A stretch of DNA of 64,000 nt from Podarcis filfolensis (taxonomy: Eukaryota), in assembly GCA_964270895.1 (NCBI GenBank), contig OZ185446.1. One strand, 5' to 3'. A program made the position numbers and the translations under genes. Positions 9,679-21,615 of the stretch are shown here, piece by piece; the first letter of the stretch is position 1, and the number at the start of each line of letters is the position of its first letter. The notes below the pieces were generated by a model. The model was not told the DNA's origin and made no database searches. It was given only the letters and a program-made list of their open reading frames with translations.

Positions 9679-10821
9679 TGCTGGAATGTAGCCTATGGTT
9701 AAAGTCATTGCCCCAACCACTTTTGCCTCTGGCCCTGACTACCACTGGCATGTGGCCCCTGAAAGGTTCCTAATGGTAGAAAGTGGCCCTTGGACTGGAC
9801 CTGCTTTAACTTCTTGCCTGTAGCTGTTGTCTAGGGTCCATGCTCATGCAACACTAAGAGTTAATCATTTATTGTCTTTTTTTGTGCAAAAATAAATGAA
9901 TTTCAAATTATGCCCGAACTATTTTTTTTTTATGTTACACTAAGCTTTTGGATATTCAGACCTAAAATATTATGTATTAACACACCCCTGCCCACCCAAC
10001 TCTCATTTTCTTTTTGAGGTCACACCCAGAACGTTGGTATTAGCTAACCCCAAGTCTATAAAATGACTGCAGTGTTTGATCCAGTCCCATTTGTCTGTAA
10101 TTAACGCCAGTTGGCTTCCATTCCCATTCTTCATTAAACTGGAAAATCTCTTTTTGCGAGTGGGAAAGGACCGAGCAGTGACGTAAGACATCAGAGGTTC
10201 AGCTCGGTGCCACCAAAATGTTTCCTTGTGTGGCTCTGACTAGTCATATTAAAATGACTTTTCTCTTCTTGGAAGATTTAGAGCCCAAAGTCTAGTCAAA
10301 TGAACTGCAAGAAAACAGATCAAAACAACACAAGAAGCATGGCCACAGATGAAACTTGGCTCCTGGCTCATCTCTTGGTGGTGGACAGCTAAGAAAGAGA
10401 AGCTGGAGGGTTGTGGTCAGCATCACTCCCTAGGTCTCTGGTATCTCTGCTGTCATTGCATGACCAGCAGTGAGCCCAGGGGAGATGGTGTCTCATGGAG
10501 ACAACACTGTTGCATTTAGATCCTGCTTCCAGGTTTTACATAGACATCTGGCTGGTCACTGTGAAGGCAGGATGCTTGACTAGATGGACCACTGGCCTGA
10601 TCCAGTGGGATTCTTATGTTCTTAACACTGGGTGTCACTGTCTCCAGGAGACAGGGCTTCTCTTCGTCCAGCCAGATGAAATTTGGCACCTGGCTTGCCT
10701 CTGAATTTGGATGCTGGCGATGTGTGATGCTAGAGGCATATGATGTCAAAGTCTCCTCCCCAGGTCTGTGGTGTTCTTGGTGCTGTTGTCCTTGCACACT
10801 CACAACAGGGCCTGGCGAAAT

Positions 10822-10823
<2 letters not shown>

Positions 10824-10895
<72 letters not shown>
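10824..10895. repeat. Compound microsatellite, about (TC)22(AC)14
   Basis: Read directly from the sequence. Confidence 0.95.
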
Positions 10896-10897
<2 letters not shown>

Positions 10898-13858
10898 CCA
10901 GAAGCTGCCAAGAGGTGCTACGTGTATCTCCATAGAGCATGGCTATATTAACGAGGTGAATTCTAATCACTTTCCAGTGCTACATTATCTGGATTGGTGA
11001 CTTCTCATACTCTTTTTTTTTTTAAAAAAAGATACAGGTGCAAGACAAATTTGGGAAATGAGTCCATCACTACACTTTTGATGTCACTACGATACTTGAA
11101 AGTATGTGTGCTAGTCAACTAAAGCCATGATTCTAAGGAGACTTGATGGAGAAAAAATATGCTCATTGAATGGGCTTACTTCTAATGAAACATTCTAAGG
11201 ACAGCATGGCATAGCCAAACTCTCTCACACATACACTCACTAACATAGATCTTTAACACTAGAGATTTTGTACATATTGTTCATCGTATTATTCCAAGAC
11301 CTGAATGCTATTTCCTCTAGTTTAGTTCTGCATGAGTAACTCCAAATGTGCTTAAAGGGCCAGGAAGTATTTCTGGGGTCGCAATACAGTAGTAGCCAAA
11401 GGAAGGTAGACAGAGATTATACTAATGTTGATGCAATCAGTAGATTTGTGCTGTTAGCAGTGTTTGAAACTCCTATTGTTCTAGGCGCATTTTGCAACAG
11501 GGAATTTAATTAGTGCGAGCAGTTTCTGAGCTCTGGGCGCAGTACTGCGCCCAAGATTTCAGATTAAAACCATAGAGTAGAAGGAAAGGAGGACCTTTTT
11601 CTGCCTCCCCACTTCCAGCTACTCTATGAAGACTGGAGAAGAGACCCTCTTAAGAATATTAGGTGGGTGGGCTTGGGAAGGACTAGACCATGTGAAAAAT
11701 GAACATAATATTTTAGTTGAAATTCATTCATTTTCAGCTTTGTATTGTCCTTATTAAAAAAGTGTGCCTATACATTCCATTGTTGCACCCATAACCTATA
11801 TTCAAGGTTCCATTTAGCACCTAGCTTTTATATCTCAGTTTCTAACACTGTCTCCAACCTGTTTCTGCATTCCTGTGCTCCCTACTTCTGAGAGCATTGA
11901 TCCACTACTGTTCTTTCCTTTCCTACAAACCTTTGCCCATAAATTCTCAGTTCTGAGAACCTGTTTTCATGACTGCATCTGCAAATGTCAGCTGCAAGGA
12001 GATCATGTGTGCTTGCCTACAGACATAGGAATCCAGGTTCTGTTCTGCCACCACTAACTCACATTTAGGAGAGCTTACAGAAGTTTGTCAAAAGACATCA
12101 TTCTGTGCGCATTGGTGGCACATCAGCAGGCATAAATGACCAGCTCTCAGTGGGCTAGGGAAGTGTTCTTCAACCTAGAGTTCAGGGATGATGGAAGCTG
12201 TGGTTCAGCAACATCTGAAGCGTCAAAGGCTCCCTACACTTGCCGTGGGAAAACACATACGCAAAGAATGTAAGTAAACTCAACATTCTGGTCGTACAGC
12301 ATGGACATTCCCTCAGTGTACCTATTTCTCAATCTGCTTTGTTTTTACTAGAGTCTCAAGGTCCATCAACTGGAACCTGCTGCAAAATAGTGACCAAGTG
12401 GTGGTGGTAGCAGTAGCAGACATAGCATGTTTAGGATTAAGGGGCAGGGCACCTCTGAACACAAGTTCAGCTCAGGAGTGTCCGTTTGGTACCAGAACTG
12501 AGTTCAGAACTCTTTAACACAGAAATCTGCGCTCTCTTTTTTTTCTCCTTAAGCTTCCTTAACAAGGACTTTCTTTTTCCTCTTTTAAGTGGGTTCCTGC
12601 AATAAAGAGGAAAAAGAAAGCCCTTGTTGTTGCAAATTTGAAACAATTGGGAACCAGGAATCCCTGCTGATCTACCACAGATCACCCAGAGCTCTACCAG
12701 TAGACCCTGATCCAACTTCTGCCCTGCTATAGATCCCAAAGTAAATTGCTGAGAGATATGATTACAGGGGAAAGCACCCTGTCACCTGGTCAAACATACC
12801 TCCCATTGGGGGAGTCTTGTTTGGTTCTCAAATAGAACTTTGACAACACACTTAAAAGTCTGGGAACTATATAGCTACATGGGGATTCTTAAAGCTATTG
12901 TGGGGTGGGAACACCATGGTTTCTTTGTAACTGAGTCATTACAAAGGACTGTGTCCTTAAGATTTCTTTCTCTATTGTCCCACAACCATTTCATGTGCTC
13001 AGGCAGGACATAGGGCGAATTACACAATACTGTACAATGTTTGTACCCATCTAAATTTTGCTTGTTGAGCTGAGTTTCACTTCCAGCCTCCTTACTGTAC
13101 ATGAGTCTGAAGGAGACCTCCCCCAGAAGACACTGGTGTGTCCAAAGGTATCACCTTACTAATTTTGCCTCCCTCCCAGGGAAGTTTTGAAATAGATGTT
13201 TGCAGAAAGGGGGCTGGGTGTACCCATGTTCTCAAGAAAGCACCACTAAAGTTAAACTAAGTTCCATGAATCATAGCCCCCATCCCTTCTAAAGATCAGA
13301 TCTGACTAAATTAAAACCTTTCAGTTTTAATGTTTCAGAAGACACTAGCACTAAATGGTTTTCAAGGGCCATAAAGGGAAAACAACAGCAAACATAAACA
13401 GCCCGAATTGTCTCAAATGTGTTTTCCCTTTAATTAAATAGGAACCATCTGTCGGAGGGGGTGGGGGAGGGGTTTGAAGTGGATGCAATCCATCCATATG
13501 ATGCCTACACTGGTTTCCACCCAGCCTCCATTATCCTGAAAGTTCTCCCCTCTGAAAAGAATTAAATAAGCATGCAGCGCAAGGGTACCTTTTTGCTCCA
13601 CCCAACCAGACAGAAATCCCTGCGCATATGGAGGGAGATGCAAAAGACTGGGTGCTAAACACTGAGTGCACACAGATTTCAGCTTCAGAGAGGAACACTG
13701 AACAAGGAGCTCACTATGTAAAACTCAAGGCCGGCCCTCTTAAAAAAGAAATACGAAACAAAAACAAGGACTCCAGTGTAAATCACATTGCATGAAAACA
13801 TCCGGGGTGGGGGAAGGTTCAGGACACCCAGGAAAGTTAGTGAAGGTGGAGAGCCTAA

Positions 13859-14552
13859 GACCACATTCACAACACCATGGTGCCACTTTAAAGACTTCTG
13901 ACTTCCCCCAAAGAATTCTGGGAACTGTAGTTTGCTAAGGGCGCTGAGCAGGGCTGGACCAATACTTGTTGGCACCTGAGACATATCGCAGAATGCTCCA
14001 TGTCCCCTGCTATGACAAAAAAAGGGTGAGTGAAGATCTATATCGGGAACGGGATGGGAATAATGAGCTACATCAGGAACAAGGGCGGTAGGAGACCAAC
14101 AGTGCCTCCTATTTGCCAGAAGGCTGCTGTAGAGGTGGCATGGGGTGGGGGCGCTGCCAAGGTAGTGTCAGATCTGGCCTCCAAGGAGCGTGCCACAGCC
14201 ATTGTTGCCACCATGGCGGCGGCAGCAGCAGGAGCAGGTGGCTATTCATTTCTTGGAGACTTGATCTGATGGCCCTGTAGATCCTGCCACCTGAGGCAAG
14301 TTGTCTTACCTTGCCTCATGGGTGGGATAGCTCCTGTGCTGCGAGTTGTTAGGAGACCTTTATTCCCCAGTGTTACAATTTCCAGAGTGGTTGAACAATC
14401 AATCCTTCACAGGGAACTCTGGGAATTGTAGCTCTGGGAGGGGGGAAGAAACTCTCAACACCCTTAACAAGCTATAGCTCCCAGAATTCTTTGGAGGAAG
14501 CCATGTTCAAAATAGTGTCATGGTGCTTTAAATGTATAGTATGAATGTGGCC
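13859..14552. mobile_element. PIF/Harbinger-type palindromic MITE with a nested insertion (about 13949-14336)
   Basis: TIRs G(A/G)CCACATTCA / TGAATGTGGCC with TAA TSD (13856-13858, 14553-14555). The nested piece has CAGGG..CCTG ends and resembles 60913-61095. Confidence 0.75.
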
Positions 14553-14798
14553 TAAGTAGAAGCACTGGAGGTCATAGCACTGCTATCTCTTTGGGGAACC
14601 CCATGGAATCCTTCCTCACAAAGCACATACATACAAACACCCAAGAGTGGTGTTTCCTCCTGGGAAGTTGCAGAGAGTTAGGTCAGGCAAATGACCACCA
14701 TTGGAGGGAATGCCACAGGGAGTAGGCACAGCTTCATCAGAACTTGGGTTCAACTACATGTTTCCATACCGATGTTGACACAGAACCAGTTCACTTAC

Positions 14799-14923
14799 TT
14801 GTATTATCAAATGGGATCTGTTTACAGTCAGCGGCTGGCCAAGGGCAATGGTAGACTGCTCCTCCTTCCACGATGTCTGGTTGGGTAGTGTTGGCCTTAG
14901 GAGCTCCAACTAGGACGCTTACT
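14799..14923 (-). CDS. ITGA8: Integrin alpha-8, coding exon 2
   Basis: [49 protein letters not shown] acceptor, GTAAGT donor, 125 nt, phase matches exon 1. Confidence 0.95.
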
Positions 14924-15139
14924 CTGCAAAACATCCATAGGCGTTCATGAACAAGGATGAAATAGCAAAAGTCAGCCATTTCATTGAAACATGGCTGTTT
15001 GCTGAAGGCTAGCTCAATAGCTAATTAAAAAAAACAACTTATAAGCATTCAACAAGAATAAATAATGGTCAAGCACTTTTTGGAATAAGTAATTAAACAG
15101 TTGGTTGGTGAGCACTTAGAAAAGGATGCTGTGATTACT

Positions 15140-15445
15140 AAGATTACTAAATATGGGTTTCTCAAAAACAAGTCATACCAGATGAATCTCATTTTTTTCT
15201 TTTTTGAGTTACAAGCTTGGTGGATAAGGGAATACTGTGGACATAGTGTGTCTTGATTTCAGTAAGGCTTTCGACAAAGTCCTCCATGATATTGTTGTGG
15301 AGAAGCTGGTAACCAAATCCAAAGAGTGCTCACAAACAGTTCCTAATTATCATTGGGGAAAAGTGCTGCAGGGTTCTGTCCTAGGCCCATTGTTGTTCAA
15401 CATCTTTATAAATGACTTGGATGAAGGTATTGAGGGGTTGTTAAT
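15140..15445 (+). mobile_element. CR1 LINE reverse-transcriptase fragment
   Basis: DIVCLDFSKAFDKVLH...QGSVLGPLLFNIFINDLDEG, with an internal deletion. Confidence 0.9.
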
Positions 15446-15967
15446 CCAACATACATGCCACCTGAGAAGCTACGCCATGAATTCTGCCTTCTGCCTTATT
15501 CTTTGGATGTCTAAATAGGGTTACAGGACAACTTCTCCACCAAGCTCATCATTAACATGCCCCCATGCCCTGCTGGTGGGTTTCACAGAAGCATTTGGCT
15601 TATCTCTGTGGGACACAGGATGTTGGGCTAAACAGGCCTTTGGCCTGATCCAGCAGGGCTCTTCTTATGTTCTCAACTTAAGGAAAATTCATTGCCACAT
15701 TACATTGTGAAGTCCAGTAGAGTAGACAGCTTTCAAAGCAAAGATGAAAGGGATTCACAAGGGATAGGTCTGTCAGTGGTCATGACATTGCTACAAACAA
15801 GCTCTACGTATGTTTAGAGGGAGTGTACTACTCATCGTAAGAAGCTAGGAACAAACAAACAACTAGGGGTTGTGAACTGTTTGTGAGCCATCTGGGGGAA
15901 ACTGCTGCATAAACAGACTTTTGGCTTCACCAGGCAAATTCTGTTGATCTCAGTAAGAAGGCCAAAG

Positions 15968-16121
15968 GGCTCATTCGGTACAGCATGAGACCCTTCATCT
16001 CAAGGTCATGGGTTCGAGCCCAACATTGGGTGAATAACTCTTGCATTGCAAAGGGTTGAACTAGTTGACCCTTGTGGCCCCCCTTCCAGCTCTGCAATTC
16101 TATGATTCTGTGAGTCTATGA
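15968..16121 (+). mobile_element. tRNA-Lys-derived SINE with CR1 tail (Squam2-like)
   Basis: GCTCA...GGTTCGAGCCC head and CTATGATT tail. A second copy lies on the minus strand at 31871-31997. Confidence 0.75.
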
Positions 16122-16830
16122 ACTAGCTCTCACATCACCACCATCCATTGGCTGGTGCATTAGGGGCGTCAGTCACTACTGTCAGCACCACCATCATATG
16201 CTGAAGGCAGAAAGGAGGCAGGTTTGAGGGACCCCACCCTGCCACTGATGTTGTTGGACTCCAGCTTCCATCAGACCTAACCAGCTTGGCCAGTGGTGAG
16301 GAATGATGGGAGTTGTAGTCCAGCAAAATACAGAGGGCCACAGGTTTCCCATACCTGCTTTAAGGTAAGTCAGTATTAGTATCTCCCAATTTTGGAGACA
16401 GGAGGACTAATGGCTGAGAAAGAATGGCTTCGTCTAAGGCTACCATGAGAGTTGGTGGTGGAAGACTCAAACCAGGGGCTTTCATAGCTCATAGACACTA
16501 TGCTCTATTTGCTCCGTATAGGCGTTGGCCCCAAAGCTGGCCATAAGCCATACACCAGCATCTTCTCTGCTCCAGAAAATCTGCTTGCAGATCTCCAATG
16601 TGACACCAACATTCCATGAATTCATTTCTCAAATATTGGGATGACTCTCTCCTGTCCCTGGTCCACATTCCCTCCAAATATTTGATAGACCCAGGAGCCA
16701 TTCATATGTGTACATTCATCACTAGGTTACTGCAAACACCACATGTATGGGTGAATGGGACATCACAGATCAAACATTGCAAACAGAACTCATCTCAAGC
16801 ACCATGCTTTTCAGTGGATTAAATCTATGC

Positions 16831-16966
16831 CAGGCATAGGCAACCTCGGCCCTCCATATGTTTTGAGACGACAATTCCCACCATCCCTGACTACTGGTCC
16901 TGTTAGCTAGGGATGATGGGAGCTGTAGTCCCAAAACATCTGGAGGGCTGAGTTTGCCTATGCCTG
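16831..16966. mobile_element. 136-bp palindromic hAT MITE
   Basis: TIR CAGGCATAGGCAA / TTGCCTATGCCTG, perfect 8-bp TSD ATCTATGC. Confidence 0.92.
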
Positions 16967-18195
16967 ATCTATGCATTCTGTTACTACATGTACAGTAATA
17001 CAGGGTAGACTGATGGCATGCAAGCCTGCCTATGGCCACACCGGGTCTCATCAAAGCAATCAGCTCAGTCTATTCAACCTGGCAACAATCCACAGCCTAC
17101 AAGAGAGAGGTTTTAGTGCAGCACCCACTGACGTCTAAAGAGAGAGTCCACAGAACTACTATCAATAGAAAACTGCTGTGCACCTTAAATTGGACAATTG
17201 CAGTTTGATTTCCTGCCCAGTTAAGGCAAAGTAATTGGCTTTAATCCTGTCAAATTCAGTAGGGCTGAATCAGCAGAAAAATGCGCTTCTATTTAAGTCG
17301 CAGAAAGCATTTCACTGTAACACACACACAACTTGTTCTTAATGGGCTTCACAGATGCTCTATGAAATACACAGTCTAAACCCGGAGGGTGCATCTTAAG
17401 TGACTTGCCAGTGATACTGTCAGGCTGTGCCACTGTGCCTATATGTGCCCCTGACGCAGCCTCACAGAAACTCCTACTTAAATCTAGATTTCTACAATTG
17501 CATTGATTTCAGCACCATGGTTGTGTAGAGTGTGGGCACCATGCATTTAAAGCAACCCCCCCCCCCAAACAATCCTGGAAACTTTAGTTTCCCTTCACAG
17601 AGGTACAACTCTCAGCATCCTTGACAAACTGCAATTCCCAAGAATCTTTTAAGGGAGTGGGGTGGGATATGCTTTAAATGTGTTCTTCACATCAACCCAC
17701 GGATCGGTAGACCTGCACATTGTGACGCTGCTCTGGAGGAAAAGGATACTGGATGCTTCGCGATCTGTCCACATGCATCAAATAGCAAGAGACGCTGCAT
17801 TTGGTTCAACTTAACTGCCTTGAAATCAGTCCGGACTCTGCGGTCTGGACTAAGAAGGATACAGGATCCACTCCATTCTCTAGTCCAGATCGCAGAAGAC
17901 CTATTGGTGGAACTTCCCACCAGCCCATTGCAATCTCTCGCTGTATGATAACTGTATGATTGAACTCTCTACTTGAGTTCAATGGGCTTACTCCCAGGTA
18001 AGTAGCCTTGCCTATGTAAACCTATATGTACGCCTACTGGAAAGTATGTCTCGCTGGGCTCAGCGGAGCTGCTGACTTTCGAGAAAGCCAGCTGCAATCC
18101 CTTCACTGACTTGGGAGTAAGTACTTCTTTGGACTTGCTTCCGAGTAGCCGCGCCTAGACGGCTCCCGCTAGGAAAGAGTACGCGCATTGCTCTT

Positions 18196-18375
18196 GGCCG
18201 CGGGCTCAGGAGCAGAGCATCTGCTTGGGATGTAGAAGGTCCCGGGTTCAATCCCAGGTTCAGGTAGGAGCTGGGCAGAGTCCCTTGCCTGAAACCCCGG
18301 AGAGCCTCTGCCCGTCCACGCACCGAGCTCGATGGACCAGTGGGCCTGATCCGGCAAAAGGCAACGTCCTCCGTC
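18196..18375 (+). mobile_element. tRNA-derived SINE (Squam3-like) in ITGA8 intron 1
   Basis: GCTCAGGAGCAGAGCATCTG head, B-box GGTTCAATCCC (18245-18255), CCTGAAACCC.GGAGAGCC body. Family name from memory. Confidence 0.7.
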
Positions 18376-19100
18376 CGTCCCAAGGGCAGCCGACCGACTC
18401 CCACCAGCTCGCGAGGACGGGCGGCGAGGTCTCCGCAGCCGCTGAGCCCTATATATATATATATAAGCGCCGGGCGCTACTTACGCGTGGGGCGCCGGGC
18501 TGTAAAAATCCAGCGCGTAGCCGAAGTAGCTGCCGTCGGGGCCGCCGTAGACGGCGAGCTTCTCCTGGTCCAGGTTGAAGGCGCGCAGCGTCCCGGCCAG
18601 CGGCGCCAGGAGCAGCAGCAGCGAGAGCAGCGCGCCGCCGCCCGCAGCGCAGCGCCCGCACCAAGGCGCCGCCGCCGCCGACGACGACCCGAGCAGCGGC
18701 AGCAGCGGCACCAGCAGCAGCCTCCGCCGCCGCCTCCACATCCTCCCGGCAGCCGCTCCCTCCCTCGCTCGCTTGCTCTCCTCAGGAGTCCCAAGCGGCG
18801 GCGGCGGCAGCGAGGAGCTTGAAAGGCGCCGCTGGGAGCCTCGCCGGGCTACCTCTGGCCGCCGCCGCTGCCGCCCCCGCGCCTCGCTCTGCGCGCGCCG
18901 CCCGCCCGCCCGCCTGCCAGGAGGTGGCATGGCGAGGGAGGCGCAAAGCCCGCCGCTGCCGGCCGTCGGGGCAGCGCGCGAGGAGTGCCTGACTGGGCGC
19001 CCCCTGGTGGCCTCGGCCGGGCCGCGACGGGGAGGGGAGGCGGGGGGGCCGAGCCCGCCAAACGCAGACGCCGCCGCCCCGCTGATGGCCCTTCCATTCC
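18250..19100. promoter_or_regulatory. CpG island / ITGA8 promoter and first exon
   Basis: Very GC- and CpG-rich with GC-box runs (CCCGCCCGCCC), against an AT-rich background. Confidence 0.9.
18485..18741 (-). CDS. ITGA8: Integrin alpha-8, coding exon 1
   Basis: Leader followed by FNLDQEKLAVYGGPDGSYFGYALDF (integrin-alpha N-terminus; recalled human ITGA8 FNLDVEKLTVYSGPKGSYFGYAVDF). GTAAGT donor. Start codon uncertain: an in-frame ATG also lies at 18930. Synteny with MINDY3 supports ITGA8. Confidence 0.92.
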
Positions 19101-19729
19101 CCCCCCCCAAATTTTTTTTATTGGTTTTCACAACATTATAAACAAACAAACAAACAAACAAACACATAAAATAAACAAATATAAATCATAGCCTTATTAA
19201 AAATTACACTTATTAACATTGTTAAGTGACTTCCTCGCTTCCCCTTGGTTGAATTTCATTGCATGTCCTTTTAACTGTTTTCCAAATCACAGTTCTTAAA
19301 AAAAATGAACTTAAACATTAACATCCTTAGATCTTCACATTATGAAATTAAACATATTAATTCATCACTTAACTTAAATAAAATCCTAAGCCAATTAAGT
19401 ATCTGCAAGCTGTTTTCAGTTAATCGCTGATGGCCTTTCCAGAAGAGCTTCCGGGCTGGAGCTTCTCTGGAGAGGAGAAAGCTCATTTCCCACAGAAGCA
19501 AGCGGCTGAAGTCACTTTACGACACCCACAAGGTCTGGCGTCCGCACGCTGCTCTTGCGAATGGTCCTTGTTGTCTTCATTTGGCATGCTTGCGACTTCG
19601 CGGAGGGTCGTCACGGACTTGCGCCGTTTCGGGGCCACTTAACTTCTCTGTACTCCGTTTCTTCTTCCCGTCTACCCTCAGATACAGTTATTGCACTTAC
19701 AGCCTCTGCATTTTTCTCCAAGGAGCCAG

Positions 19730-19885
19730 AGGTGTTCTCCCTGGTTCTCACGCTCCTCCTGTACTTCCCAAACAACCACCCTGTGAAGTAGGTTAGACTG
19801 GCCCAAGGTCACCCAGTGAACTTCATGGGGAGGGGGGATTTGAACCCTGGTCTCCCAGGTCCTGCATCCAACCACACTGGCTACT
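19730..19885 (-). mobile_element. MIR-like (CORE) SINE remnant
   Basis: CAACCACCCTGTGAAGTAGG...CCCAAGGTCACCCAGTGA...GATTTGAACCCTGGTCTCC. A related plus-strand copy lies at about 62120-62320. Confidence 0.6.
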
Positions 19886-19940
19886 GAGGCAGTTCTTCAT
19901 CCATCTGATGAAGAGGACTATGCTCCACAAAACCTTATGG

Positions 19941-20270
19941 CAGGGGTCAGCAACCTAAGGCCCATGGGCTGGAAGCAGCCCACGGAGGGTGTTTGACCGG
20001 CCCACGAGCCGCCCCCAAACCGAGCTCCCTGCTCATGTGCTGCACTAAATCGGTACAGCGCAGGGACTCACTTCTGTGGCGCCAGAAATCATGTCGCGTC
20101 TGTGCATGCGCAGACACCGGAAATCACGTCTGCAGAGGCGCAGACGATGGAAATCACGTCTGCACAGGCGCAGACGATGGAAATCATGGGCGCACACACG
20201 CGATCCTGCCCACAGAGGGATCTCCATGGGACTGATCTGGCCCAGGCAAGATAAACCTTGCTGACCCCTG
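19941..20270. mobile_element. 330-bp hAT MITE with internal 30-bp tandem repeats
   Basis: TIR CAGGGGTCAGCAA / TTGCTGACCCCTG, perfect 8-bp TSD CCTTATGG. Confidence 0.93.
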
Positions 20271-21615
20271 CCTTATGGCATAATACTCTCAAAAATGCCC
20301 CAAGCTGCTGCTGCTTTTTCTTCACCCCACCATGATTCCTCCCACCCCCTCTTCCAGGACTTCTTGCTTTTCAACAAACTAAGAAGGCTGTGCTTCTGAC
20401 TTTTCCCCAAAAGTCAAGCTGGGTATTCTTTTGCCAGAAGGAAGAATGAGGAATGGCAAAAATCTTCAGAAAATGCTTATCTGTGGCCATATTTCTCAGC
20501 TTTCAGGGTTTAAGTTAGGAGGGGAACCAGTGACCTTTCAGGATTTTTCTTAGGAGAGCAGACTTCTGTTTGGGAGGAGGGCAGAACATCAGATTTGTAT
20601 TGGTTTTATTGATACGCCCGTGCAGCCAGATGTTGCCAGACTCCAACCCCGATCAGACCCAGCCAGCATGGCCAATGGTCTGGGATGATGGAAGTTGTAG
20701 TCTGAAAACATCTGGATGACGACTGCTTCCCTATCCATGGTTAAGGCAAAGTATTGACAACTTTCTCTCTCAAAAAAACCTCTACCTTTCCTGAGTTCTG
20801 TTTATCAGTGTTGTTAATATAGGTAGGACTTGCCTGTATTGTAGTTTTCACTAAAACAAAGGGAAGGGGGACAGAGATACACCGTGATGGAGCCAAATTG
20901 TCTGGTGTGTTTTTTTCTGGCATGAGAAAAAGGCCCTTCCTCACACACATCTGGGTACTTCTCTAAAAACGGCTTATCTTGTAGCTTTTGGCAGGACAAA
21001 CAAAAAGCCGTGGAAGGAGAGAGATGGAGGAGTCAGTTGAGAACATTCTGAACGAAGGCATTTAAAACAAAGTCAGAGACAGTGTAGGGTGAATTTATAT
21101 ATATATAGTAGTGGTGTGAATGCATATGAGAGCGGCAGGCAGAATTACTTGGCCACATCCAACCACTGCAAGCAAAGAGCAAAATTTATTTCCAAGGTTA
21201 AGTGCAGCGCCTTAAGCTGTCATCACCAGCTTGCCCTGCCTCATGCTATTTGACTTTTGAGACGCTCCTATCAGCTGCAGTGTTAAGTGAGATGTAACCA
21301 GAGCTGTTGTGCAGATTTTTAAGGGTGAAATGAACACATCAACTTCCCATAGCGGTGGGAATGGAGCCACGGAGGCCTCTCAAACTCAAGAGGGGGAAGG
21401 GAAATATTTGGCCCTCTTTCAGCATAACTATGACAAAACAATCACATCATATACATTACAATTAATTTATTTCCCAACATCTGGTTGTTTTCTTAAAAAG
21501 GAATAAAATCGGCTGAAATTTTAAAAAGCAGGATGAAATAATCTGATAAAAAAGAAAATTTTAGTTGAGAAACTTATGGCAAATGTTAAACCTTATTAAA
21601 TCTTTATTTCTGGTA

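Noticed and set aside
1-14798. ITGA8 exon 3 (expected ...EFKSNQWFGATV...)
   Set aside because: No matching sequence found on the minus strand, so it presumably lies left of the window. This is why the region is called intron 2.
15968-16040. tRNA genes (also 31940-31997 and the SINE heads)
   Set aside because: The tRNA-like heads are degenerate and fused to CR1 or SINE tails, so they are SINEs rather than tRNA genes.
18340-19141. Several overlapping plus-strand ORFs of 100-190 aa (likewise 56852-57514)
   Set aside because: Low-complexity Arg/Ala/Gly/Pro products expected in stop-poor CpG islands; no domain recognisable.
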